Shown piece by piece: positions 1-8,269 of a stretch of DNA of 64,000 nt. A program made the translations under genes and the position numbers. Source of the stretch: an uncultured Candidatus Saccharibacteria bacterium (GTDB lineage Bacteria > Patescibacteriota > Minisyncoccia > Phycocordibacterales > UBA9973); NCBI GenBank assembly GCA_964623415.1, contig CAZUUH010000001.1:1305-65304 (forward strand). The letters are read 5' to 3'. How positions within the stretch are numbered: the first letter of the stretch is position 1; every line of letters begins with the position of its first letter. A model generated the notes under the pieces. The model worked only from the letters and a program-made list of their open reading frames with translations. It did no database searches and was not told where the DNA came from.

Positions 1-105
1 CATGGGTGCTGCCATTTGCAATAGAAAAGTGTCTACTGGTAGTAATGACCATGCAAAGGTGGGCCTGGAAATAACAGACGTTATCCAGTGACAGAGGTAA
101 AAGTT

Positions 106-150
106 GCGCCGGAGGAATATTCATTTTGAGTATTTCTTCCGGCGCTTTTT
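106..150 (+). terminator. Intrinsic terminator
   Basis: GCGCCGGAGGAATATTCA-ttt-TGAGTATTTCTTCCGGCGC hairpin followed by a T run. Confidence 0.75.
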
Positions 151-181
151 ATATTATTTATTTAGTAGTATAATATATATT

Positions 182-1363
182 ATGGGTTTTTTATTTTCAT
201 CTAAAAACAATAAGACAATTGCCATTTTTGATATTGGTTCTGGTAGTATTGGTGGTGCAATAGTTAAAATAGGTTCATCTTCGAATCCTGTTATTTTGAC
301 TTCTGTGAGAGAAGATATAATTTTAAAGAATGAAGTGGATCAAAGTAGTTTAATTTCTCAAATGATTAAAACCTTGCATAAAACAGCTAGCAATCTTTTA
401 TATATGAAAATGGCTCCTGTAGATGAGATATTTTGTGTTCTCTCATCTCCTTGGTATTTATCAGAAAATAAAATAATTAATTTTACTAAAAAAAATAAAA
501 AGTTTATTTTTACAAAAAAAATAGCAAATAAAATTCTTCAGGAAGAAATTTCTGGGATTGTTAAATCTCATAATGATAGATATAATATAATAGATAATGA
601 TTACGATAATTCAGATGTAATTGAACAGCACGTATTATCTGTAAAATTAGATGGTAAAGATGAACTTAGTCCAATTGGTAAAACTTGTAAAGAGATTTTA
701 TTTGAATTAATAGTTTCTTTTTCTCCTAAATCTTGCATTTTGGGTATTAAAAATTCCTTAGGTCTAATTTTTCATGATAAAAAAGTTAGTTTTTTATCTT
801 TTACTTCAGCTACGCATCTTGTTCTTCGAGATAAATTACTAAAAAATAATAGCTATATAATTATTGATGTTGCAGGAGAAGTTACAGACATTTCTATTAT
901 TTCAGATGGGATTTTATCTCAAATGGTTTCTTTACCATTTGGTAGGAATAAATTATTTAGAGAGATATCCAATAAATTAAATATAGATTTAAGGGAAGCA
1001 AAAGAAATCTTTAAATTATATTCTAGAGATAATATTTTCGATGGGCAAAAAAGTAAAATTTCTCCAGTTGTTTATTCCGTAATTTCAAAATTAAAAGAAG
1101 ATTTTAATAAAGTGATATTAGAAATACCCAATATTAATAAGAATATACCTAAAAATATTTTTATTACAGCAGATGATGATATAAAAAACTTTATGTATAC
1201 GATTTTCAGTAAAGATTGTTATATTTCAAATAATAATCATAAGTTTAATGTAGAGAAGATAGAAGCTAACGAATTACTTTATCTATGTGATTTTGTAAGT
1301 GGTTATCATGACCCATTTTTAATGATTGAAGCAATTGCTATTAATAAAAAACTTTTTAGTTAA
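182..1363 (+). CDS. FtsA-like / actin-fold (ASKHA) hypothetical protein
   Basis: N-terminal IAIFDIGSGSIGG and second IIIDVAGEVTDI phosphate-loop-like motifs, then SLPFGRN..FREISNKL; ATG at 182 follows TATAAT and lies downstream of the terminator. Confidence 0.6.
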   Translation: MGFLFSSKNNKTIAIFDIGSGSIGGAIVKIGSSSNPVILTSVREDIILKNEVDQSSLISQMIKTLHKTASNLLYMKMAPVDEIFCVLSSPWYLSENKIINFTKKNKKFIFTKKIANKILQEEISGIVKSHNDRYNIIDNDYDNSDVIEQHVLSVKLDGKDELSPIGKTCKEILFELIVSFSPKSCILGIKNSLGLIFHDKKVSFLSFTSATHLVLRDKLLKNNSYIIIDVAGEVTDISIISDGILSQMVSLPFGRNKLFREISNKLNIDLREAKEIFKLYSRDNIFDGQKSKISPVVYSVISKLKEDFNKVILEIPNINKNIPKNIFITADDDIKNFMYTIFSKDCYISNNNHKFNVEKIEANELLYLCDFVSGYHDPFLMIEAIAINKKLFS

Positions 1364-1367
1364 ATTT

Positions 1368-2762
1368 ATGCCTAAAGTTTTAATGGAAGACATGAAATTT
1401 AATAATAAGAAAAAAACCGAAATTAAAAAATCGGTTAATAGTATTGTTAAAAATTTTGAAATACCCAATCTTAAGAAAAAAAATGAAAATAATACAAAAA
1501 CAGAAGTTGGAATAGAAAAATTAGAGCATCCACAAAAATTTAAAAAAGAAAGAGTTAGTCGTAAAAGATTGGGCCAAACACCTAGTTTTAAAAAGAATAA
1601 GAAAATTATTAACAATGCAACTTTAATAATTTTTATTTTTTGTTTTATATTAGGTATTTCTTATTGGGGAGGAGAGTTAATTTATAAAGCAAACATAAAC
1701 ATAAAGTCAAAAATTCAAGAGATAGATATTCAAGATAAAATATTTAGTGCAGTTAAAGATTCAACTAGTAATTTAATTAACTTTGAAATAATAATGACCT
1801 CAGATAAAAAGGTTAAAAGTTTAATATTAACTGATACAAAAGAAGTTTCTTTAAAATCAAAAGGAACTGTAACTTTTTATAATGAATTTAGTGCTACACC
1901 ACAGAAAATAATAGCTGGTTCTTTTGTTTCTGATGATGATGGTAAAGCCTATAAAATTGATAAAACAATTATAATTCCTGGTTACAAATTAGATAAAGAT
2001 AAAAAAGTTATTCCAGGTAAGATAAATACACCAGTAACTGCTTTTTTGGCTGGAGATATTTACAATGGTTTACCGGAAAAGATTTACATAAGTTCTTTTA
2101 AAAATACAGATAAATATAAAAAAATATATGGTTTAATGGAAGAACCGTTTAAGGGTGGAGCCTCTGGTCTTGTTTATTATCTTAATGATGAGAACAAAAG
2201 ATTTATTAAAGAGGTTGTAGAATCTTCATTAAAAAATGATCTAATAAATCAGGTTAAAGCAGAATTACCTAAAGGTTATATTTTATATAATGATGCATCA
2301 AATTTTTCTTACAAGATCGATGACGATATTTTGTCTATTTCTAAAGAAGCCAAGATCGATGTTTATGGTTACTTATCAGTAGTTATATTAAATGAAAATA
2401 GTTTAATAAAAGCTATAATGAAAAATTATCTTCCTGCTGTTTCCAATGAAAATGAAATTAAAGAAATAAAATTAAGCGGACTTAATGATTTATCTTTTAG
2501 TTTTAAAGAAAAAGATTTTGTAATTACAAAAGATGTTGAAAAAGTAGAATTTTCTTTAGATGGTATCCTTGATGCTATTTGGTATCCCGATTTAGAAAAT
2601 TTAAAGAATAAATTATTGGGAATTAACAAAAATGATGTTTCTAATATTTTTAAACAAGATCCAGGCATAGCTTCTGCTATTGTTAAGATTTTTCCACCAT
2701 GGAAAAATGTTCTGCCTAATAATATTTTAAGAATTAATATGATTAGTAATTTGACTAAATAA
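1368..2762 (+). CDS. Membrane-anchored protein with a baseplate-J-like domain
   Basis: Basic N-terminus, one TM segment (LIIFIFCFILGISYW), then KGTVTFYN...IIAGS...DGKAYK...IIIPG...VTAFLAGDIYN...FKGG; start chosen at ATG 1368. Confidence 0.5.
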   Translation: MPKVLMEDMKFNNKKKTEIKKSVNSIVKNFEIPNLKKKNENNTKTEVGIEKLEHPQKFKKERVSRKRLGQTPSFKKNKKIINNATLIIFIFCFILGISYWGGELIYKANINIKSKIQEIDIQDKIFSAVKDSTSNLINFEIIMTSDKKVKSLILTDTKEVSLKSKGTVTFYNEFSATPQKIIAGSFVSDDDGKAYKIDKTIIIPGYKLDKDKKVIPGKINTPVTAFLAGDIYNGLPEKIYISSFKNTDKYKKIYGLMEEPFKGGASGLVYYLNDENKRFIKEVVESSLKNDLINQVKAELPKGYILYNDASNFSYKIDDDILSISKEAKIDVYGYLSVVILNENSLIKAIMKNYLPAVSNENEIKEIKLSGLNDLSFSFKEKDFVITKDVEKVEFSLDGILDAIWYPDLENLKNKLLGINKNDVSNIFKQDPGIASAIVKIFPPWKNVLPNNILRINMISNLTK

Positions 2763-2791
2763 GATTATTTTGTTATATTTATGAAATAAAA

Positions 2792-3007
2792 ATGAATAAA
2801 AATAATGATGAAAATACTGTTTTAGGTACTGTAACTGAGGCTTTACCAAACGCTTTGTTTAGAGTAGACATAGGTGAAGGAATTATTAATTTAGCTTATT
2901 TATCTGGTAAAATGAGAATGCACAGAATTAAAGTACTGGTTGGAGACAGGGTAGAGGTTTTACTAGATACTTATGGTGGCAAAGGTAGGATTATTAAAAG
3001 AATTTAA
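2792..3007 (+). CDS. infA: Translation initiation factor IF-1
   Basis: GTVTEALPNALFRV...LSGKMRMHRIKVLVGDRVEV. Confidence 0.97.
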   Translation: MNKNNDENTVLGTVTEALPNALFRVDIGEGIINLAYLSGKMRMHRIKVLVGDRVEVLLDTYGGKGRIIKRI

Positions 3008-3017
3008 CATATAGGGC

Positions 3018-3046
3018 TTGCTTATTTTTACAATATAGTGTAGTAT
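3018..3046 (+). promoter_or_regulatory. Sigma70-type promoter of the rpmJ-rpsM operon
   Basis: TTGCTT-17 bp-TAGTAT. Confidence 0.55.
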
Positions 3047-3117
3047 GACTTGATATGCTTAGTATGTTGTAAAATACAGGGTATAACCCTATATTTTTAT
3101 TTAGCGTAATTATAGAA

Positions 3118-3228
3118 ATGAAGATTAAATCATCTGTTAAAAAAATATGCACAAAGTGTAAGCTCGTTAAGAGAAACGGTCATCTTCGTGTTATTTGTTC
3201 TAATCCTAAACATAAACAAAAACAATAA
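3118..3228 (+). CDS. rpmJ: 50S ribosomal protein L36 (not in ORF track)
   Basis: Manual translation [36 protein letters not shown]; lies between infA and rpsM. Confidence 0.96.
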   Translation: MKIKSSVKKICTKCKLVKRNGHLRVICSNPKHKQKQ

Positions 3229-3236
3229 TTTTATAT

Positions 3237-3617
3237 ATGAGAATTCTCGGTATAACTATTCCAAATAATAAACATTTAGATGTAGCATTAACATGCCTTT
3301 ATGGTATTGGTATTTCTAAGTCAAGAAAAATATTAAAACAAGCACAAGTTGAATTTAACTTGAAAAGTGATTCTTTAACTGTCGATCAAGAAAATGCAAT
3401 TCGTAAAATAATTGAAAGTATGACAATTGAAGGTGCATTAAAAAGAGAAGTTGCTTCAAACATAAAAAGACTTAAGGATATAAAGGCTTATAGGGGAGTT
3501 AGACACATGAGACGCTTGCCAGTTAATGGGCAAAGAACAAAAACAAATTCACGAACAACGAGAGGTAACGTTAGAGTAACTATGGGCAGTGGTAAAAGAA
3601 AAGAATCAAAAACATAA
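3237..3617 (+). CDS. rpsM: 30S ribosomal protein S13
   Basis: ALTCLYGIG, YRGVRHMRRLPVNGQRTKTNSRT. Confidence 0.97.
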   Translation: MRILGITIPNNKHLDVALTCLYGIGISKSRKILKQAQVEFNLKSDSLTVDQENAIRKIIESMTIEGALKREVASNIKRLKDIKAYRGVRHMRRLPVNGQRTKTNSRTTRGNVRVTMGSGKRKESKT

Positions 3618-3652
3618 TATCACTTAAAATATTTATCACTTAAATTATAACT

Positions 3653-4099
3653 ATGGGAAAAGTAAAAATTATTACAAAAGAAGAAGATAAGGAAATTATA
3701 GCAGAAGAAAAAGTTTCAAATATTGTTCATTCTGTTAAAACACCAAAAAAGAAAATTGTTGCAGGAACATTACATGTTGAAGCTACTTTTAATAATACAA
3801 AAGTTGTCCTATCTGATAAAGATGGTAATACGTTATTTTGGACTTCTTCTGGTTCACTAGGTTTTAAAGGAGCTAAAAAGGGGACACCTTTTGCTGCATC
3901 AAAAGCTGGAGCAGTTATTGGAGAAAAAGCTAAAGCAATAGGTATAAAAGAAGTTGATGTAGTTGTAAAGGGGGTTGGTAGCGGTCGTGAGCCAACAATT
4001 CGTTCTTTTATGTCTTATGATATAGAAATTACAGGCATTAAAGACATGACACCAGTTCCTCACAATGGACCAAAACCAAAGAAACCAAGAAGAGTATAA
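3653..4099 (+). CDS. rpsK: 30S ribosomal protein S11
   Basis: ATFNNT, GFKGAKKGTPFAA, DMTPVPHNG. Confidence 0.97.
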   Translation: MGKVKIITKEEDKEIIAEEKVSNIVHSVKTPKKKIVAGTLHVEATFNNTKVVLSDKDGNTLFWTSSGSLGFKGAKKGTPFAASKAGAVIGEKAKAIGIKEVDVVVKGVGSGREPTIRSFMSYDIEITGIKDMTPVPHNGPKPKKPRRV

Positions 4100-4103
4100 A
4101 AAT

Positions 4104-4718
4104 ATGAAAAAAGTTAAAAAATATAAAATCGGTAGAAGATTAGGAGCAGGAGTGTTTGAAAAATGTCAAACAACTAAATTTGCTGTTTCTCAAGCTAAGC
4201 ATATAAAAAATTCTAAGAATAAACATGCGAGACCACTTTCTGGTTATGCTGCTCAATTTATAGAAAAACAAAAAGTTCGATTTATGTATGGAATAAGTGA
4301 AAGACAATTTTCTAATTATGTGAATGAAGCTATTTCTAAAAAGAACGAATCGTCTTCTGAAACGGAGAGACTTTTTGAAATTTTAGAAAGTAGACTTGAT
4401 AATGTTGTTTATAGATTTGGTATCACTAATTCAAGAAGACTTTCTCGTCAAATGGTTTCCCATGGCCACATTTTGGTTAATGGTAAAAAGCTTACAGTTG
4501 CATCATCTAGAGTAAAAATTGGAGATATTATTTCTATTAGAGAAGGTAGCAAAAAGAGTGTTTTATTTGCTGATATGGTTAATAGAACAAAAGATTATAA
4601 TTGTCCTAACTGGTTAACTTTCGATGCAGAAAAACTTTCAGGAAAAATTCAAGGAAAACCTAAAAATATAGAAGGTTTTATTGATCTTAATACTGTTTTA
4701 GAGTTTTATAGTCGTTAA
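4104..4718 (+). CDS. rpsD: 30S ribosomal protein S4
   Basis: EKQKVRFMYG, LESRLDNVVYR, RQMVSHGH, C-terminal EFYSR; start trimmed to ATG 4104. Confidence 0.96.
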   Translation: MKKVKKYKIGRRLGAGVFEKCQTTKFAVSQAKHIKNSKNKHARPLSGYAAQFIEKQKVRFMYGISERQFSNYVNEAISKKNESSSETERLFEILESRLDNVVYRFGITNSRRLSRQMVSHGHILVNGKKLTVASSRVKIGDIISIREGSKKSVLFADMVNRTKDYNCPNWLTFDAEKLSGKIQGKPKNIEGFIDLNTVLEFYSR

Positions 4719-4788
4719 ATTTAAAATATGGTTAATTTTTATAAAAATAATTAGGAGAACTTAATGTTTTCCAAAAATCATATAATTT

Positions 4789-5766
4789 ATGTCTGATTTA
4801 AATATAATATTACCATCAAAGCTATCTATAGTGAAAGATGAGGAAACAAAAGGAATCTATGAGATAGACGGTCTTTATCCTGGATATGGACATACTCTAG
4901 GAAATTCTCTTCGTAGGATAATCTTGTCTTCTTTACCAGGAGCAGCTATTACTACTCTTAAAATAGATGGAGTAGATCATGAATTCTCTACTATTGATGG
5001 GGTGAAAGAAGATGTCGTTACAATTTTATTACACTTGAAGCAAGTTAGATTTAGATTAACAACAGATGAACCTCAAACAGTTAAAATAAATATTAAGGGA
5101 CCTAAAAAGATTACAGCAGGAGATATCGAAACGAGTGGTCAAGTAGAAGTTTTGAATAAAGATTTATATATTACAGAAGTAACAACTAAGACTTCTTTGT
5201 CTATAGAGATGACAGTTGAAAAAGGTTTAGGCTTTGTTCCTAAAGATCAGCATCAAAAAGAGAAGAATGAGGTTGGTGTTATTTCTTTAGATGCTATTTT
5301 TACTCCAATTCGACGTGTATCTTATGAAGTTGAAAATATGCGTGTTGGTGATAAAACAAACCACAATCGTCTTCGTATGGTAATCGAAACAGATGGAACA
5401 ATTAGTCCTCGTGAGGCTCTTGAAAAATCAATTGTTATTATGGTTGAGCAACTAGAAACTATAATTGGTTTTACTGTTCCTAAGAGAGTATCAAAAGAAG
5501 AAGATGACACAAAAGAAGAAATTAAAGAAGATGAGGATAAAGACAAGAGTGATACTAGTGAAATAACAGATATTCTTAAAACTAGAATTGATACATTGAA
5601 TTTTTCTACTAGAACCTTAAATGCGTTAACAAGTGCAAATATTAGAACGATTGGTGGTATTGCAAGAAAGAAAACCGATGACTTGCTTGAAATTGAAGGT
5701 ATTGGAGGTAAGGGTATCCAGGAGATTAAAAAAGTTTTGAGTGGTTATGGTATAAATTTAAAATAA
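4789..5766 (+). CDS. rpoA: RNA polymerase subunit alpha
   Basis: GYGHTLGNSLRRIILSSLPGAA, HEFSTIDGVKED, DAIFTPI; alpha-CTD present. Confidence 0.98.
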   Translation: MSDLNIILPSKLSIVKDEETKGIYEIDGLYPGYGHTLGNSLRRIILSSLPGAAITTLKIDGVDHEFSTIDGVKEDVVTILLHLKQVRFRLTTDEPQTVKINIKGPKKITAGDIETSGQVEVLNKDLYITEVTTKTSLSIEMTVEKGLGFVPKDQHQKEKNEVGVISLDAIFTPIRRVSYEVENMRVGDKTNHNRLRMVIETDGTISPREALEKSIVIMVEQLETIIGFTVPKRVSKEEDDTKEEIKEDEDKDKSDTSEITDILKTRIDTLNFSTRTLNALTSANIRTIGGIARKKTDDLLEIEGIGGKGIQEIKKVLSGYGINLK

Positions 5767-5770
5767 ATAT

Positions 5771-6124
5771 ATGAGACATCACAATAATATTAGAAAATTT
5801 GGGAGAAAGATGAATCAGCGAAATGCTCTTATGAAAGGGTTGGTTTTAGCATTGATCGCTCATGGGAAGATAGAAACAACTGAAGCGAAAGCTAAAGAAT
5901 TACGCCCAATGATTGAAAAAATGGTAACTAAGGCTAATTTGGGAACTTTGTCTTCAAAACGCTTACTTATTTCACGTTTATACAATAGAACAATGGAAGC
6001 GAATAAATTAATAACCGATATTGCTCCTAAGTATAAAGGACGTAATGGTGGATATACAAGAATTACAAAACTTCCACGTCGAGGAGGAGACGCAAGTAAG
6101 ATGGCTATTATTGAATTTATATAA
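5771..6124 (+). CDS. rplQ: 50S ribosomal protein L17
   Basis: MRHH..RKFGR, IETTEAKAKELR, RNGGYTRI. Confidence 0.97.
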   Translation: MRHHNNIRKFGRKMNQRNALMKGLVLALIAHGKIETTEAKAKELRPMIEKMVTKANLGTLSSKRLLISRLYNRTMEANKLITDIAPKYKGRNGGYTRITKLPRRGGDASKMAIIEFI

Positions 6125-6128
6125 TTTT

Positions 6129-6476
6129 ATGAATAATTACGTTATAGATGCAGAAAATAAAATATTGGGTCGTGTCTCAAGTGAAGCTGCAAAAGCTTTA
6201 ATGGGTAAGAATTTACCTTCTTTTTCAAAAAATAAAGTGGCAGATGTTACAGTTACTATAATAAATGCTAGTAAGACTAAAATGTCCGAAGTAAGAATGA
6301 ATACAACCTTACACGAAAGATACTCTGGTCATCCTGGGGGTTTTAAGGAGGAGACAAATGCTAAGATTATAGAGAAAAAAGGGTGGAAAGCATTATATGA
6401 GATGTCTGTTTATGGTATGTTACCATCAAATAAATTGAGAGCTAAAATAATAAAACGTTTAACAATTAAAGATTAA
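6129..6476 (+). CDS. rplM: 50S ribosomal protein L13 (short form)
   Basis: VIDAENKILGR, YSGHPGG, VYGMLPSNKL; start trimmed to ATG 6129. Confidence 0.93.
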   Translation: MNNYVIDAENKILGRVSSEAAKALMGKNLPSFSKNKVADVTVTIINASKTKMSEVRMNTTLHERYSGHPGGFKEETNAKIIEKKGWKALYEMSVYGMLPSNKLRAKIIKRLTIKD

Positions 6477-6481
6477 TAATT

Positions 6482-6898
6482 ATGGAAAAGAAAACAACAA
6501 CAAAAGATAAAGAATATTATAGAGCTACAGGACGTCGAAAGACTGCTGTTGCGGTTGTTAGACTATATAAAGCATCAAAGTTTTCATATACTATAAATGA
6601 TAAGGATTTAACTGATTATTTTAAAACTCCAGAATTAAGAAATATTGTTTCTGGTGCTTTTGATACGACATCACCAGTAGATAAATTTAAAACAGTTATA
6701 ACTGTTCGTGGAGGTGGTATTCATGCTCAAGCAGAGGCTATCCGACATGGTATATCAAGAGCATTGGTTCTTTATGATGGAGAATTACGTGGAACCCTTA
6801 AGAAAGCAAAGATGCTTAAACGTGACCCACGTCAAGTTGAAAGAAAGAAATTTGGTCTTAAAAAAGCTCGTAAGTCACCACAATGGTCTAAACGTTAG
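6482..6898 (+). CDS. rpsI: 30S ribosomal protein S9
   Basis: TGRRKTAVA, GGGIHAQAEAIRHGISRAL, ARKSPQWSKR. Confidence 0.97.
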   Translation: MEKKTTTKDKEYYRATGRRKTAVAVVRLYKASKFSYTINDKDLTDYFKTPELRNIVSGAFDTTSPVDKFKTVITVRGGGIHAQAEAIRHGISRALVLYDGELRGTLKKAKMLKRDPRQVERKKFGLKKARKSPQWSKR

Positions 6899-6904
6899 AT
6901 TATA

Positions 6905-6940
6905 CAAAAATCAGAGACTTGAAAAAGTCTCTGATTTTTG
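6905..6940 (+). terminator. Terminator hairpin after rpsI, overlapping the probable grpE promoter
   Basis: CAAAAATCAGAGACTT-gaaa-AAGTCTCTGATTTTTG; TATAAT follows at 6941. Confidence 0.7.
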
Positions 6941-6953
6941 TATAATCTCTTAT

Positions 6954-7559
6954 ATGAAAGAAGAAAATAAAAATAAAACAATAATTAATGATTCAGAAAA
7001 TCAAATACAAGATGAAATTGTAAATGATTTAGAGTTTATTGAAACCAATGAAGAAGGGGAGTCTCTATTACCTAAAGATACAATCAAAAAATTAAAAGAA
7101 GAGATCAAGAATTTAAAAAAAGAAAAAGAAGAGTATCTTACTGGTTGGCAAAGAGCTAAAGCTGACTATATTAATTTACAAAAAGAATACGGAGATTCTC
7201 ATGCAAGAAGTTCTGTTTTAGTAAAAGAAAGATTTTTAAAAAGTTTACTTGCAGCAATAGATAGTTTTGATATAGCTTTTAAAAATAAAGAATCTTGGGA
7301 AAAAGTAGATAAGAACTGGCGAGTAGGTGTAGAATATATATATCAACAATTAATGACAGGTCTTTCTGATGAAGGAATAGATAAGATTGATGACATAAAT
7401 GCTAGTTTTGACCCTAAAATACATGAATCTGTTGATGTAGTAGAAACTAAAACAAAAGAACAAGATCATAAGATTGCAGATATAATACAAGTGGGGTACA
7501 AGATTGGTTCAAGAGTAATACGACCAGCTAGAATAAATATTTTTGAGTATAAAGATTAA
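6954..7559 (+). CDS. grpE: Nucleotide exchange factor GrpE
   Basis: WQRAKADYIN, FDPKIHE, QVGYKIGSRVIRPA; start trimmed to ATG 6954. Confidence 0.95.
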   Translation: MKEENKNKTIINDSENQIQDEIVNDLEFIETNEEGESLLPKDTIKKLKEEIKNLKKEKEEYLTGWQRAKADYINLQKEYGDSHARSSVLVKERFLKSLLAAIDSFDIAFKNKESWEKVDKNWRVGVEYIYQQLMTGLSDEGIDKIDDINASFDPKIHESVDVVETKTKEQDHKIADIIQVGYKIGSRVIRPARINIFEYKD

Positions 7560-8077
7560 ATAAATAAAGTTTTAATAAATTCTCTTCTTGTTTCTTCGTC
7601 TATTTTATCTGTAACCATTATCATTATTTCGGTTTTTAGACCAAGATCTTTTTTTATATTTGTAAATAAATGTTCGAATGGATAGATTGAAATCCAGACA
7701 GAATTTTTTATACAAACAAACTCGGCCTTCTTTAAAAGATAACGTAGCGCTTCACGTTCATTTTTTCTTTCTTCTGGAAGATCAAGCAATATTATTCTGA
7801 AATATCCATCCCATTCTGTTGAAACGAGACCATTTTCATTTTCTAAGTATAATTGATTTAGTTTATGCTTTCCTTCTTTGGTTAAGCGTATATATTCACA
7901 GTTATCTGATGAAATAGACTCAAGTAATCCATCTGCTTTCATATTTTTTATAGAACGAGAAATCGCATATTTATCCTTTGGGTTTTTGGTATTATTGTGT
8001 AATGTATCAAAAGGCACAGCTTTTTTCCCGGCTAATTTCTTTAAAATACCCCTAGAAATATTGGATTTTTTTACCAT
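7556..8077 (-). CDS. PaaX-like protein (wHTH + Cas2-like central domain), copy 1
   Basis: AISRSIKNMKADGLL...YIRLTKEGK (wHTH), then WDGYFRIILLDLPEERKNEREALRYLLKK..F..IKNSVWI. Confidence 0.75.
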   Translation of the reverse strand: MVKKSNISRGILKKLAGKKAVPFDTLHNNTKNPKDKYAISRSIKNMKADGLLESISSDNCEYIRLTKEGKHKLNQLYLENENGLVSTEWDGYFRIILLDLPEERKNEREALRYLLKKAEFVCIKNSVWISIYPFEHLFTNIKKDLGLKTEIMIMVTDKIDEETRREFIKTLFI

Positions 8078-8085
8078 ATAATTAT

Positions 8086-8165
8086 ATTATAACATTTTAT
8101 TAGATATTATACAAGTATTTTGCGGTCACTAAATACTTGTCAAAAATAAAAGATTGGTATATACT
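8086..8165. promoter_or_regulatory. Back-to-back promoters (PaaX-like gene / dnaK) overlapped by a palindromic putative operator
   Basis: ACAAGTATTT-N10-AAATACTTGT at 8111-8140; plus strand TTGTCA(8137)-17-TATACT(8160); minus strand TTGTAT-17-TATAAT, 8 nt before the ATG at 8077. Confidence 0.65.
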
Positions 8166-8269
8166 TACTAAATAAAAGATTAAAAATATAAATAGCTCTT
8201 TCTTAAGACTATTAAGTTTTTAATTTATAAATTTAATAAAAAATTATTAGTTAATTTTATAAAAAATAT

